From positions 29,574,001 through 29,638,000 of the forward strand of contig NC_043006.1 of assembly GCF_006345805.1 (NCBI RefSeq): a stretch of DNA of 64,000 nucleotides, read 5' to 3'. The number at the start of each line of letters is the position of its first letter. The first letter of the stretch is position 1. Of the stretch, positions 25,485 through 38,803 are shown piece after piece. The stretch is from Octopus sinensis (Eukaryota). The notes below the pieces were generated by a model. It was not told the DNA's origin. It ran no database searches and saw only the letters and a program-made list of their open reading frames with translations. Position numbers and translations under genes: made by a program.

Positions 25485-25557
<73 letters not shown>

Positions 25558-25568
25558 TGTGTGTGTGA
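25465..25568. repeat. (TG)n microsatellite (representative)
   Basis: Other long simple repeats: (TA)/(TG) about 8572-8655, (TG) about 14176-14220, (TA) about 23648-23686, (TTA) about 35483-35517, (GA) with G6 interruptions about 40555-40621, (TG) about 46376-46462. Confidence 0.95.
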
Positions 25569-27048
25569 GTTAATCTGTTTAATATGTTCACCAAACATGA
25601 GCTTTAGTTGGAAATTTATGCATCAGTCTGTTGGAGTTTTGTTAAATGGTGTGCAGCTATTATTAGGAGCACTGTTCTACCAGTTGCTTATTCTGTAGTA
25701 AAGGTTTGGTGAGGGAGACATGCTGGAACAATCTCTCCAACTCGTGGGGCTCACACATGCAGATTGCCATCACTTCCTTGATAGCAGTGAGCCAGGATAT
25801 AGTCTGAGGCCCAAGAATACCAGCAGTCTCCACTGCCCCAGGCTCAAACTCAAGTATGTCAGAGAGTGGCCAATACTTTGGCTTGACACACAGCAGAGTC
25901 TGGTTTGGCAGTCAAACACACCAAGTTTCCACTGGGGAAGGTGTTGCAACATATGGAATCCCAAATGAGGAACCTACCATCACAAGAGGAAAATTATAGT
26001 GCTATCTGGTCTTTTACTGTTTCCTCTGTCCAGCTCTGCTGGATCAAGTTGCGAGGGAAAGCTTGTGATGTTTTAGGCTATGCTGCTTTATGATCTCAGT
26101 GAGAGCAGCATGGCCAGCACTATAACAATATGAGAACAGGTGGAAACCAAAAGAATCCACAGCAGATCCTCTTTGGCATCTGTGAGACAAACCAATCTGG
26201 AGGCCAAGTCTCAGAGAAGCATCAATGTGCAGACAATTGCTATCAAGCTGAGTGCCAGTCAAGGCTGATGGCACTGCACTGAGCCAGGCACTGCTGTGGA
26301 GCTGGGAGGCCAAGTGTTAGTTAAATCAATGCACCGACCCATCTGAGATCATGCTGCACTGAACTGCATCCCATTTGTTTTGGGAAGCACAAGACATCCA
26401 AAAAGGGGAGAGGGGAAAGGACATCTGAAGGGTGATGGTCAGCAAGCTGGCTTCATACCATGTAGGTCACCTTGTGCTTCCCAATTACAGTGGGTTCAGT
26501 TGTGTTGTGGAGAACTCTCCTAATGAGGACATGGCAAGAGGTCACCAATGAGAGAAATTCTGGCAGAGCCAGTGAGAGACCAGAGGCTGAGGCATAAGGT
26601 AACCTGTTGCCACCCAATGTCATCAAAGTGAACATGTTGAATCCCATAGTTTTGGAGAGATTTTTCCAGGTTAAACTTGCATGCCACACCCTATGGAATG
26701 TTACTTTTGGATTGTATATTTTCACCAGTAGTTGACTTGTATACAAAAAACAAACATGGAGATATGTGAACCAACAAAGGAACCTCTATGTGGTCACTGG
26801 TTTTGCTATAAATAGCAGCCAAAACTCACTCAGATATAGTCTAAGATACGCTTTGCATAAAAAATATGTAATGGCATATAGGTGCAAGCATGGATGTGTG
26901 GTGAGAAGCTAGCTTCCCAACCAACATGGTTCCAGGTTCAGCCTTACTGCATGGTACCTTGGGCAAGTGTCTTCTACTATAGCCTCAGGCCCAACAAAAC
27001 CTTGTGAGTGGATTTGGTAGATGGAAACTGAAAGAAATCTGTCATATA

Positions 27049-27281
27049 CAGGGCTGGCCAAAAGTCAGCTGATGGTAAATCAAAACCATTTAACTCCAAG
27101 ATTTATTTATGTTTAACAACTGAATGAATTTTATAAAAGAATCTAAATATGAAACATCATGAAAATTGTTCAAACTGAAGTCCTGCTTGAGCGACACATT
27201 TTTCCATTTGAGTCAATACAGAATTACAGAGAGTATTTATGGAATTTTGATTTACTATCAAGTGAATTTTGGCCAACCCTG
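27049..27281. mobile_element. Tc1/mariner-type MITE
   Basis: TA|CAGGGCTGGCCAAAAGTCA ... TGAATTTTGGCCAACCCTG (TIRs 17/19); the right flank reads TG and merges into (TG)n. Confidence 0.8.
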
Positions 27282-27309
27282 TGTGTATGTGTGTGTGTGT
27301 GTGTGTGTA

Positions 27310-27692
27310 TCTCTCTCTATATAAACGGCAGTTTGTCTGTGCGTTTTCTGTGTGTCTGTTTTCTCGTACCCTCACTCTGACCACGGCTTTCAACCGATTC
27401 TGATGAAACTTGACACACACATAGCCCAATGTCATAATTCAAAACTAACGCAGCGAAAATTTTGAAAAGTTCCCCCAGTTCTGAAAAAAATCGATAAATT
27501 CGACATGGGGTCGAGAATCAAAAACCCAAACCACAGACCGTCTAGGGGACGCAACTCCACCTTTTTAACTCTCAAAAAAAATTTACCATAATTTTTTTTC
27601 CATTTTTTTGCTATTTTTTGGCTATAACTCTCTAAAAATGCTTTATAGTTATTTCCCTTACAAACCTGAGCAACGCCGGGCGATACTGCTAG
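27310..27692 (+). mobile_element. Non-autonomous Helitron
   Basis: Starts with TC after an A; ends with the GC-rich hairpin CCTGAGCAACGCCGGG and CTAG before a T; no TIR or TSD. The 5' boundary is blurred by (TC)n. Confidence 0.8.
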
Positions 27693-27734
27693 TATATATA
27701 TATATATATCTACATACACACACATGCATAAATA

Positions 27735-28392
27735 CATATGGACAAGGAGTTTCATATGGATGAGGACAGCTGTGTAAAGAAGTGCTAATCTCTAACTGTG
27801 CAGGGAGCCTGTGGTAGAAGGAGACCCAGGAAGACATGGGAAGGTGGTGAAGCATGATCTTCAAACTTTGGGTCTCTCAGAGGCAATGCCTACTGACCAA
27901 GAGCTTTGGCAATATGCCGTGCTTGAGAAGACCAGTCAAGCCAAGTGAAATCATAATAGTGGCCAATGCTGGTGTCACATAACTGGCACCAGCGGCACGT
28001 AAAATGCTCCTTTTGAACATTGGGTCTCACAGGCAAAATGGCCAATGCCAGTGGCATGTGTAAAGCTCTTTTTGAGTGTTGCGCCTCATGGAGGCAATAA
28101 CGAATGACTGAGACATTTGGTATTATATTGTGCTGAGAAGGAGAAGACCCAGCAAGCCAAGCAAAATTGCAGTCATGGCAGATACTAGTGTCACGCAAAT
28201 GGCACCTGTGCTGGTGGTGCATAAAAGCATCCATTACATTCACAGAATGGTTAGCGTTAGGTAAGGCATCCAGCCATAGAAATCATACCAAATCAGACTG
28301 GAGTTTGGTGCAGCCTTCCAGCTTGCCAACCCTGGTCAAACCATCCAACCTATGCCAGAATGGACAATGGATGCTAAATGATAATGATGATG
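27735..28392 (+). mobile_element. RTE-clade LINE 3' end with long 3' UTR and (TGA)n tail
   Basis: MDEDSCVKKC*SLTVQGACGRRRPRKTW..VVKHDLQTLGL...LEKT runs into the UTR ending TAAATGATAATGATGATG. This identifies the many 'catcatcat-tttaa-ccatgctggcatggg' repeats as UTR-only copies of this LINE. Confidence 0.85.
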
Positions 28393-29439
28393 ATGTGTCT
28401 GTTCTTGTGTTTATCCCCCTCCCCACCACTTGACAACCAGTGTTGGTGTGTTGCATCCCCATAGCTTAACAGTCTGGCAAAAGAGACCGATAGAATAAAT
28501 ACCAGGTTTAAAAAAATAAATACTGGGGCCAATACATTCAACTAAAAAATTCAAGGCAGTACTCCAGCATGGCCACAGTCTAATGACTGAAACAAGTAAA
28601 AGAATAAAAGAATAATGGCTATAACTAGAATACTTTGAATGAGAATCTTACTGAATCATTACTGAACTGGAGCCAAAAAGGAAAACAATATCATGGAGAG
28701 CTAAAATGAGAGTCTTATAGGTGGGGCATTCCAGCCTTAATGGAACAATGATAAGACTCTCCAGCTGTTATAATTCATAGAGAAATATGGAGGAAGAGAA
28801 CTATAGTGGTTAAGAGAGAGACTATTAGGTTTATGTTTACTTGTTAAATGATTAGTCATATGCTATCATTATTATTACATGGGGAATATTGAAGGTCAAA
28901 TATCTGGAATTTTGTTCAGCTGAAAAATGTACAAACATTTGCATTGACAAACAAGTAAACAAGCATTTTACTATCAATCGTATTTCAAAGCTTCAGTGTA
29001 AACATATAACTGTATTTAGAATTAAGTGTGCTGTTTATTCAATTCTAGGCTATTTCTAGTTCACATTTTCAGCATTACTTATATGGATAGCATGTTGTTA
29101 TTTAAATATGATGTTTTACAGTCTATAATATTGTTCAATTGAGGTTGCTACCAAAATGTTATATAATCAATTATGTCATTAAAATCCCAAAATTTACAGC
29201 CTTAACAACTCCATCGCCTGCACGCTAGGCTAAATCACACTTTCATTCTTGTCCCATTCAAGAACTGGTTAATTTTGGTTACAGCTTCTACATCTCTTCC
29301 TCTGCAGAGTGTTTTTACATCTTCAGTTTGGCATCTCTTCATCATGTCACCACCAGAATGGATTGGAATTCAGAACAGTAAACAGATTTTGAATTCATTT
29401 TTAAGCTTTACCAATTATGCAAAATAATGTCATTACTTG

Positions 29440-29800
29440 CACTCAAGAGTACAACACTTTACAGGATTATAGATAACCATTGGTCAGATTTTGTATCCAA
29501 CCAACGGGCCTACTCAGAAACTGGGTTTTGTCTTGTAACTTGCATGATTCAGGAGTGCCAGCTCAGAGTGTTTGGCCATATTGCTTTATTTTCTGAGTGA
29601 CACCCTGCTTACCATGTTCTCTTCACTGAGAATCTGGCTGGGTTGGCAGCTTATGTTGGTTGACCACATACCTCATGGTGACAGCAGATGAGGAGGTATC
29701 TTGTGGAGACGACACCCAGGAGGACTCAGGAATATACCAGCAAATGGTGAATGCAGCAAAGTGTTTTAGTGGCACATGCCCCCACATCTAACCTGATCTG
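29440..29800 (+). mobile_element. RTE/RTEX-type LINE 3' relic (different family)
   Basis: RIIDNHWSDFVSNQRAYSETGFCLVTCMIQECQLRVFGHIA is a typical RTE C-terminus. Confidence 0.75.
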
Positions 29801-29940
29801 ACTCCAAAGATTTCATTTATTGTTGCAAAAGGCTTCAGTTTATTTCACATTTTGTAGTTGAAAATTACTAAAAGTGAAAATCAAAATAATAATTTGTTAA
29901 AGTTTTTAATAAGGAAAACCAAGTAAAAAAGAAAGCTTAC

Positions 29941-30239
29941 TTTGAGAGAAACAAGTTCTGTAGAGGAGTGATGACTGTACTTTTGGTTTATGTCTGAGAA
30001 GAACCAGGTAAAAGTGATATTTGTTCCAATTGAGAGTGATGCTTCAAATGTCTCAGAGTGGTTTTGGAAAACAGCTGCCATAGCCATTTTTGAATTTTGC
30101 TCCACATGTGTTGGGACACAGGAGGGCTGATGGTATTCAGCATCAACCAAGGATATTTCAAGGCCCTTAGGTTCAGGTAAAATTGCATCCACAAAAATCT
30201 CATGGTATTTTTCTGAGATAACATTCTTAATATGAACAC
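29941..30239 (-). CDS. PKD-repeat exon, 299 nt, phase 1 to 0
   Basis: Acceptor ttttattttcAG at 30241-30240; donor GTAAGC at 29940. Encodes VHIKNVISEKYHEIFVDAILPEPKGLEI...FEASLSIGTNITFTWFFSDINQKYSHHSSTELVSLK; overlaps ORF 29881..30192. Confidence 0.92.
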
Positions 30240-31664
30240 CTGAAAATAAAATTTAAATAAAAAATACTTAGACAAATAAACATTTTATTAGAACAACTAA
30301 CATTATTTTATTTAAAAGATATTAATTTTAATGCCAAACAATGCTGTGTGCTTGTACAGAGGCTGACTATCTGTAGAGTGAAAAAGATAAACCTAACACT
30401 GAGATTTCCAAAACATGTGAAGAAATAAAGTGGCAGATATAATAAGTTCATTTATCCCATATTTTTAGTTAAAGAAAGACAGATCATTATAGAAGACTGG
30501 GCCATAAGCTTCATCTATTAAGCTGATGACAGCTCTGAGAAAAATGCAAGCATAATGCAGAGTGACACTTTGTAAAGGGTTATCAGCCATTTACAACTGA
30601 GAATATTCCTGGTTCTGAAGAGAAAACATGTTTTGTTTGATTTTTTTTTTAAATACAGTTTTAGCTATGGAAAATATATAAAATCACAGAAGCATGAATT
30701 TTTCTTTTTGTATGAGAAATATTTTCATTTTCATTGATCAATTTACTAATAACTGCTTTTAAATCATCATCATTTTAATGTCCACTTTTCCATGTTCACA
30801 TGGGTTGGTCAAAATTTTGTTGAGGCAGATTTCTAAAGACCAAGTGCCCTTCCTGTCACCAACTGTCACCTGTTTCCAAGTGAAATTAATATTTCACAAG
30901 AAAATAGGTGAGGTTGGCAACAGGAAGAGCATCCAGCCATAGATAATCTGTTTCAATAACATAGATATTTACCTGTATATTATTTTTTCAAATGTTACTC
31001 TAAAGGAAAACACAAATTGACAGCTATGTCAAGCACTAAGCCTACTTTAAACATGCATCCTCTCATCATTCATAAAGTCTTTTGGTTTTTAGTTTCTTTA
31101 AATTATTCTCAATTTGGAAGAAGTCTAAACCTCGTGTACACACACATTCACATTTCATATTCATTTTAATTCAGAGAGGGAAAAATAAACATTATAAACA
31201 CTACCAGTCAGTCCTGTAATATATCTTGTTTTAACATGAATAATATATAACATCATAAATTTTCATAAGAATTTTTCTGACATTAAACACAGACTCATAG
31301 TCTGCAACAGTAAAACAATTAATTCAGAAGCACACAGAGGAAAATTGTCACTCAAATGTATTTGTTGAAAAGCATATCGGATTTGTGTTCATGCAAAAAT
31401 ATATTAACTCAACTAAAACAATATTTTTAAGAAAATAAAATTTTACAAAAATATTTCAATTTTAACATAGATTGTTTACAAGCAATATTTTAAATATATT
31501 TTTAAGACATTTTCTTCAGTATATCTCACAACTTTATGGATTTGGTAAATTCTATAAAGATGGTTTTATTTATTTTGAATTCCAGGTGCAAGGAGTAAAT
31601 TGGATCAAATACCCCAATGTTCACAATGCCTTAAGTACAGACAATGATTTCAAAAATCACATTT

Positions 31665-31717
<53 letters not shown>

Positions 31718-31888
31718 ATGTATGCATGTATGTATATGTATATATCATCATCAACATCAATGTCATTGTTTAACATCCACCTTCCATGCTGGCATGGGTT
31801 GGAAGGTTTGACTGAGAACTGGCAAGCCAGGAGGCTGCACCAGGATGCCCTTCCTAACACCAATCACTCCAAGAGTGTAGTGAGTGCT

Positions 31889-32153
31889 TTTACATGTCAC
31901 TGGTACAGGAGCCCGTCAGGTGGCATGGGCATTGACAATGCTCAAATGGTGCTTTTTATGCACCACCAGCATGGGTGCCAGTCAGGCAGCACTGGCATCA
32001 GCCATGCTCGAATGGTGCATTTTACGTGCCACCGGTATGGATACCAGTCAGGCGACACTGGCATCAGCCACACTCAAATGGTGCTTTTCACGTGCCACCC
32101 AGCACAGATGCCAGTCAGGTGGCACTGGCATCGGCCATGCTTGAATGGTGCTT
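31889..32153 (-). repeat. Four-copy minisatellite (about 66 bp unit) inside an RTE 3' UTR
   Basis: Units of TTTAC(G)TGCCACC...GCCAGTCAGGCGGCACTGGCATC...GAATGGTGCT repeated head to tail. Confidence 0.85.
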
Positions 32154-32388
32154 TTTATGTGCTGGCAGCGGCACTATCTTCAGCCACAACTATGATTTCA
32201 CTCGGTTCAACAGGGTTTTTGTAACTCCACTTAAAATTATTTATTGTCAACATTTTGGTTGCACATACTGTGACCAGGTCACTAACATAGTTCTACTGCA
32301 GCTAGTTTGGGCCAAGGCTATTGGTCAGTATATCAAGGTTTCAGAGTTATAAATGTAACTTTTCTTTTTTCTCCTATGTATAGATCAG

Positions 32389-32440
32389 TCATTCTGTCTG
32401 TCATCACCTGGTGCCATCATTCTGTCTGTCATCACCTGGT
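32389..32440. repeat. Perfect 24-bp duplication with 4-bp spacer
   Basis: TCATTCTGTCTGTCATCACCTGGT at 32389-32412 and 32417-32440. Confidence 0.95.
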
Positions 32441-34094
32441 ACTGATAGTTGGTCAGTTAACTTAGCACTTGGTTGTAATTCATATACCGTCTTCCATTCT
32501 CAGAAGAGAATCTATCCATCCATGAGCACAGAACAGAAGCAATAGAGAGAAGAAAGCTTGACACAAACCTTCAGTTCAAGCTATTTCTTCATAAATATTT
32601 ATTGACATAACAACTGTTAAACCTAAATATTTGGATGTTCTTCAGTTTTACTCGATATTCTTAAACTTACCCAATCTACATTACAACAATGACTCTTACA
32701 TTATTTTACTCATCATTTCCAAAGGTTACAAACCAGTTTAAATTATTTACTATTGATAGATATTGACATGACATTCATTGTTTGACTTATTCCATATGAA
32801 GTTTTTCAGTTCTTTTGGATATTCTTTCATAATTAGCAAAGCTTAAACTGTTTTCGTAAGTCCTGACCATGGCTTTCATATCCTTTGAATTAATCAAAGA
32901 CACCAATAAGGGTTGTTTAAGTTAAGAACAAATTCATTGACTTAGATGGTAAGTTAGTGTAGTGGGAAAGGAAAACAACACATTCTGTCCATTTGCCTTA
33001 ATTCAAATCTTATCTTTCTATAAAGTTTACAATAAAGAGTTATTCACTGAAGAAATTGATAGCACAGTTGAAAATAAGATAAAAGGAATTACATCAGAAT
33101 CTGAAATTTAATAGCCTTAAATTCATTGAAGGGGTCTCTTGAATATATATATAATTCTTTTGACATAGAGATTAAAGTGATCACAACTGTCAGGAAAATA
33201 ATGAATTTGTCGCAAATCAAATCAATATCCTATTTTAGGCAATATTTTGTGAATTTGCTTTATCAAACAAAAAACAAGAAAAATCTAATACAATTATCTG
33301 AAATGTATTCATATATACAATTAACTACTTTTTCTTTTTCTTTTATTTTAAGCTAAACAGATCTGTATTGTGAAAGGTTATGCAATCAAAGCAATTGTGC
33401 AATTGTCAGGAATGCAATTAAAATGAAGTGGCAGGGCACAGGCTCAATGAAAGGGGACTTTAAAATTTAATGCACAAAAATATAGACATGCATACATACA
33501 ATAGATTTTCTCGAGTCTCTTAAGTTCCATCATGACCAAGAAAAAAGGGATTCATTCGATACTTTGATAATTATTTGTCATTGATGAATAAATTAAATTA
33601 TATATTAAATTACTGTTTTGAAGTTCATACATCCTGTGACAATCTCAAAAGGTTGCATCACTTTATTTGAACTCTGGGACAATGTTAAAATGTTTCTAAA
33701 TTCTAAGCACTTTGAGACAAAATTCTATGTGCCAAATATTCTATTTTTCAGGCATATTTGAGAAGTTAAATTTGTTTAACAAACAGCCATCATCATCATC
33801 TTCATCTTCATTTAACATCCGTTTTCCATGCTGGCATGGGTTAGACGGTTTGACTGAACACTGGTAAACTGGGGAGCTGCACCAAGTAGCAATGTCATTT
33901 GGCATGGTTTCTATGGCTGGATGCCTTTCCTAATGCCAACCACTTCAAGAGTGTTGTGGATGCTTTTTACGTGCCACCAGCATGGGTGCCAATTACACAG
34001 CACTGGCATCGGCCACGACTATGATTTCACTTAGCTTGACAGGTCTTTGCAAGCACAGCGTATTGCCAAAGGTCTCAATCACATGTCACACTGC

Positions 34095-34665
34095 CTCCAT
34101 GCATTCAAGGTAAAAATACATTTCTTTTCATTTATAAAGAACCTACTCAAGCTTTCTTGGAAAACTTTCAGCATAAATGTTGAGTATAAGGAATTGATGC
34201 ATTTCTTTACCCTTGCTGCAATTGAGGACAAACTGTAAGAGGGTGATATTTTAGTGTACATTGAGCATTTGAAGAAACTTCTCACTGATAAGGAAACTAG
34301 GCTAAAAAAATTTCCTGAAAATGAACATTCCAGGTTGCATAGAAGACCCATTTGGGTCAAATGCATCTGATATGGATATCAGACTACAAGAAAATTTTAT
34401 TGAGTTGCAGAGTAACTTACAAACAAGTAGTGAAATTGCCAAGAAATTCCCATTGCTTTGGCAGGAATTAAAATTACATTTCATTACCTTTCTTCTTTCT
34501 TGCCCAGTTGAATCGGGTTTTAACCAAATGCCATTCAAACTATCAAAAGCTTTCAAATACTTAGAAATTCTAAGTCGAGATGATCTTTGTCTCTAACAAC
34601 CACAGACACTGATATTGAGAAAACTTGTGAGATTGCATCAGCTACAAGGATCTCACTGAATAAAT
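34095..34665 (+). mobile_element. hAT (Charlie/ZBED8/FAM200-like) transposase C-terminal relic
   Basis: YIEHLKKL...MNIPGCIEDPF...LQENFIELQ...KFPLLWQELKLHFITFLLSCPVESGFN...LEILSRDDLCL, equivalent to the FPSSYLVERGFS...RGDLRL motif. Confidence 0.8.
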
Positions 34666-35481
34666 GCGGTAAAATGGAAATATGATATAGATACATATAT
34701 ATTTATTTAGCTAAAAGATTTTGGCTGAATCCACTAAGTGCAAGTGTACTATCATCCATCTGAACACACTTCTCTCCTACAACCTCATGATTTTCTCTGA
34801 ACACAAACCTCATGCCTGAGAAATGTAACTAAAAAGACAACAACACAGAATATGAGATAATGACAGGCAGAGAAAGTGGAAAGAAATAGCAAGACTGATA
34901 AATAGAGAGGCAGAAAGAGAAAAAGAAGAAGAAAGGACAAAGACAGAGTCACAGAAAAAGAAGACAGACACAATGGCTACCAAGATAGATATTCTGAGAT
35001 TTAGTGACATCTACGAAAATAATAACACTGTAACATGTGTGGACCACATAAAAAAAAAAAAGTTTGTCATAACAAGACCAGTAGGAAGGCAAGTAGAATA
35101 TTAGTTTGTCATTTACATTTTGTTATTAATTAATTACACATTAAACAAATTTACTGAGGAAGTGTTGTTGGCCCATTGTTGATAGTTGCAGATAGTAGCA
35201 CTATAAATCCTGGAGAATGTGTCTACATACATGAAAGCATACAAATGATAAATACACATATGTCTGTCTGTCTATCTTTCTACCTACACAGACACACTAT
35301 TAAAATTATAATTATTACTATTATTAAAGTGGCGAGCTGGCAAAATCATTAACTCACTGGACACAATACTTAGTGTTGTTGTGTCTCTCTTTATATTCCG
35401 AGTTCAAATTCTGTTGAGGTTGACTTTGCTTTTTATCCTTTTGGGATCAATATAATCCCCTAAAGTTTTGGCTTTATGCCA

Positions 35482-35518
<37 letters not shown>

Positions 35519-35599
35519 GAAAACTCACAGCTTATTTTGCTGGGTATGATGGAAAGTTTCAGCTGTCCATGGTCAGCAGACTGAGGTAACACTTGTTAA

Positions 35600-36065
35600 C
35601 TGGTCATGCTTCCTATGTGAAAGGCTTCTCCGAAAAGATACAAAAGATGTGCAGCCCATATGACACCAGGACAGTATTCAAGAGTAATACAACACTTCGC
35701 AAATATTTCCTTCGTGCAAAACCACCAATAGAAGAGAATATGACCAAAGACTACATGCACTCCATCCCATGCAGCTGTGGTGAGTTATACAAAGGTGAAA
35801 CATGCCGCCCCTCAAAATAAGGGTAGACGAACATCGCAAAGCTGTGACATGAGGAGATATTGATAAATTGGGTATAGATGATCATGTGTGGAAAAATTGA
35901 GACCACCTCCCCACTGTGGGATGAAGTTAAAATAATAGACAGAGGACACCAGTGGAAAATATGAAAACTAAAAGAAGCAGCACATATGCTAGGACACAAC
36001 AACCTCCTAAGCAGACTGAGTGCAGATATGAGTAGTATATGGGAACCGGTATTAAGGAAGGATGG
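35600..36065 (+). mobile_element. Penelope-like element GIY-YIG endonuclease relic
   Basis: YVKGFSEKIQK...HSIPCSCGELYKGETCRP...RVDEHRKAV...DHVW...LWDEVKII...KLKEA, in one frame apart from a few stops or shifts. Confidence 0.9.
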
Positions 36066-36124
36066 GAAAATATTAGATTTATAAGCCCTAAAATTCATTC
36101 CATAATTGCCCACGGGCATATGGC

Positions 36125-37480
36125 ATGGTGGTTAAGAGTTTTTTCCTGTTCCAAACATGTTTCTTTTTTTACTTATCCAACTGTGTGGAACCATGTCATA
36201 TGCTTTTTCATAATCTAGCCATGCTACATTCAGTCCTGTCAATCTGCTTCTACAATTTCTTATCATTTTATCAACTAATAAATGATCTTTTGTTGCCTTA
36301 CTTTCTTTCCTATATCTTTTCTGTTCTTCTGGAAGTAGATTGCTACTTCCAAGATGGTTGTATAACTGTTCTGCCCAGACATCAGCCATAAGCTTCCACA
36401 TTAGTGCTAAACAGGTTATAGGTTGAAAATTTGATGCTGAATTCCCTTTCAAGGAATCCTTGAGGCATAGCTGCATTCGTCCACTCGTTATCCAGGCAAG
36501 TATGTGACCTTGCTACAGGCAATCATCCAGTTATGCAGCTATCCTTTCATGCAACTGTGTAAAGTTCTTCAGCCAACAGCCTTGTACTCCATCCAAACCT
36601 GGTCCTTTCCAATTTGCTATTTTTTTAAAAAACTTCTGTCTCACAGTATATAGATTAATTTTGAAGTCCTTTTGTCTTGGTACAGTGGCAAGTTGTCTTT
36701 CCACCTTTGTTATCCACTCTACACTTTCTTTATGTCTTGCTGGCCTATTCCACAGTCTTCCTTGAAATTCTTTACTGTCTTCTGCATCTGGAATCAGTTC
36801 TTGGTGTTGGCCTCCCTCTATTTCCTCAAATAGATACCTTCTATTTTATTGGAACAGTCTATTCTGTTCAAAACCTTAGCATGTAGCATTCTATTTTTTC
36901 AATCCGGCCTTTAATGCTGTCACTTTTTGTGTCAATTCTTCATGTACTGTTGTTTGTTTCCCCCGCTTTCTTCTAACCTGTACCGTCCATTCAATTTTCT
37001 GATCACTACCTTATTCATGAGCTCTCCTCTCATTATTCTATTCAATTGCCCCACTTCTTTCCGTGTCTTTTCCAGCTTCATTCCTATTCTCTTCCTCCAG
37101 TTTGCTTCTTACTTTCCATTTGCTTTTATATCTTCAGTTTTTCGCTTGTAGCCTTCTAGCTTAGCTATGACATTAACACCAACTGTGATTAGCTGATTTG
37201 TTTCACTGAGGTTTTCTGTTTAAATCAAGCTTAAAATGTCATTTACTTTGCCTCTGACTTTCCTCGCTCATTTTCTGTCCATATGTCTTACATTTGGTGC
37301 TACTTCATTGTTCCCATCAGACATTTTACCTTGCAACATTTCCTAAAAATTTCCTTCACTTCATCATTCAAATCTTGGGCAATACTTACTGTTACTTGTC
37401 CATCTAGATTGCCTTCATTAGTTACTTTATCAATATTCTCTGGTACTCTGCAGTTTCCATCTGTTTCATGTTCTTCCTCT
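36125..37480 (-). mobile_element. R4/Dong-type LINE, RT N-terminal half
   Basis: NFQPITCL...LPEEQK..RK.SKATKDHLLVDKM...AWLDYEKAYDMVPHSWI (ORF 36132..36476). Confidence 0.9.
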
Positions 37481-37862
37481 CTTATTACTATAATTTTGTT
37501 ATTATGACACCAAGCTGGCAAAATGCTTAGTGGCAATTAGCCCATCTTTATGGTCTTAGTCCAAATTTTGCTGAGGTCTGTTTTGCCTTTCATCCTTTTG
37601 GGCTCAATAAAATAAGTACCAGTTGAACTCTGGGGTCAGTGTAATCATCTCACACCATCTCCTGACGTTGCTGGCCTTGTGCCAAAATTTGAAATCATTA
37701 TTAATTTACTTCTCAGAGCTCTCAATTTTACTTGCTCTCATTGATTCTGTGAGAGTGGACAGCAACATGTCAGAGGTCTTACAGGGTCTCTTTCCACAAA
37801 TTATAAGCTTTGGTACTTGGATGTTAACTTATCAATGGGAGACACTCAACACCCAAGCACCA

Positions 37863-37907
<45 letters not shown>

Positions 37908-37910
<3 letters not shown>

Positions 37911-38803
37911 TATAGTCACAACAGACTTGAGTTGGAAAAGAAATAATCCTAACATCAGGCTACATCAGGTTACAACAAGTAACCTTAGATGCCAAGAACC
38001 CTCCTAAATATCCTAACTGTCCCTAATAACACTGTTCTCTAGAGCAGTACTAAACTAGGTTTCATACCTATTTCCTCTACCCATCTGTTCAGATCTTTAG
38101 GGATAGTTCCCAATGCACCTATAACTGCTGGGATACATTTTACCTGCACTTTCCATAGTCTCTCTAATTCAATGACTAGGTCCTGGTACTTTGCTATTTT
38201 TTCTATACCTCTCATATTGATTTTCTCATCATTTGGGATTGTAAAGTCAATTATCAGACACTTTCTATTCTCTTTATCTACTACAACCAAATCAAGCCTT
38301 CTAACTTCTATTACTATGTCAGTCTGAATGTTAAAGTCCCACAACATCTTACATTTCTTACTTTCTAGTACTTTACTCTGGGGTCAGTGTAATCATCTCT
38401 GTGTAATGGTCAGTGGCAAGAGGGGAAGAGGCCGACCAAGAACCCGCTGGCTTGACACCATCAAGAGTGATACCAGAATGGACATAGCCAATCTGAAAGA
38501 AGCGGCCCAGGTTAGAACTGACTGGAGGACACTGATCCAACGAGTAACCGAGAGTCGACTTTGACTGAGCGGGTAGATAGATAGATAGATAGATAGTACT
38601 TTACTAGGTTCATGTTCATACCATTTATCAATATGCTCAAATCTTAGCTTTCTACATAACCCCCTGTAGACTACTCTCCCTAGATTGTCATGTCTTTTCT
38701 TGTATTCTTTCTGTGCCAGCATGCTACATTCATTTATTGTATGAGTAACTCTTCCCTCTTTTGATTTGCATAGCCTACATTGGGAATCTACTTGGTTTTT
38801 GTC
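37908..38803 (-). mobile_element. 5'-truncated R4/Dong-type LINE flanked on both sides by (TAA)n
   Basis: CCHC knuckle CRLCK...HTINEC, REL endonuclease LWDFNIQTD...RLDLVVVD...LIIDF...KYQDL...VIGALG, 3' UTR; (ATT)n at about 37865-37907 and 38804-38845. Confidence 0.92.
38378..38593 (+). mobile_element. RTE-clade LINE 3' end with (GATA)n tail, inserted in the Dong element
   Basis: GKRGRGRPRTRWLDTIKSD...WRTLIQRVTESRL*; TSD TAGTACTTTACT at 38366-38377 and 38594-38605. Confidence 0.88.

Larger units (their letters stand above)
26881..28612 (+). mobile_element. SINE family 1 split by nested insertions (5' half 26881-27048, 3' half about 28396-28612)
   Basis: Head and body stop at the central microsatellite and resume about 1.35 kb later, ending in an AAAAGAAT tail. 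Confidence 0.8.

Noticed and set aside
25700-26750. GC-richer block with several 60-97 aa ORFs
   Set aside because: It looks like a decayed retroelement, but I could not identify a diagnostic motif or family.
31889-32153. CRISPR-like regular repeats
   Set aside because: The whole unit is repeated with no unique spacers, it sits inside a LINE UTR, and there are no cas genes in this eukaryotic context.
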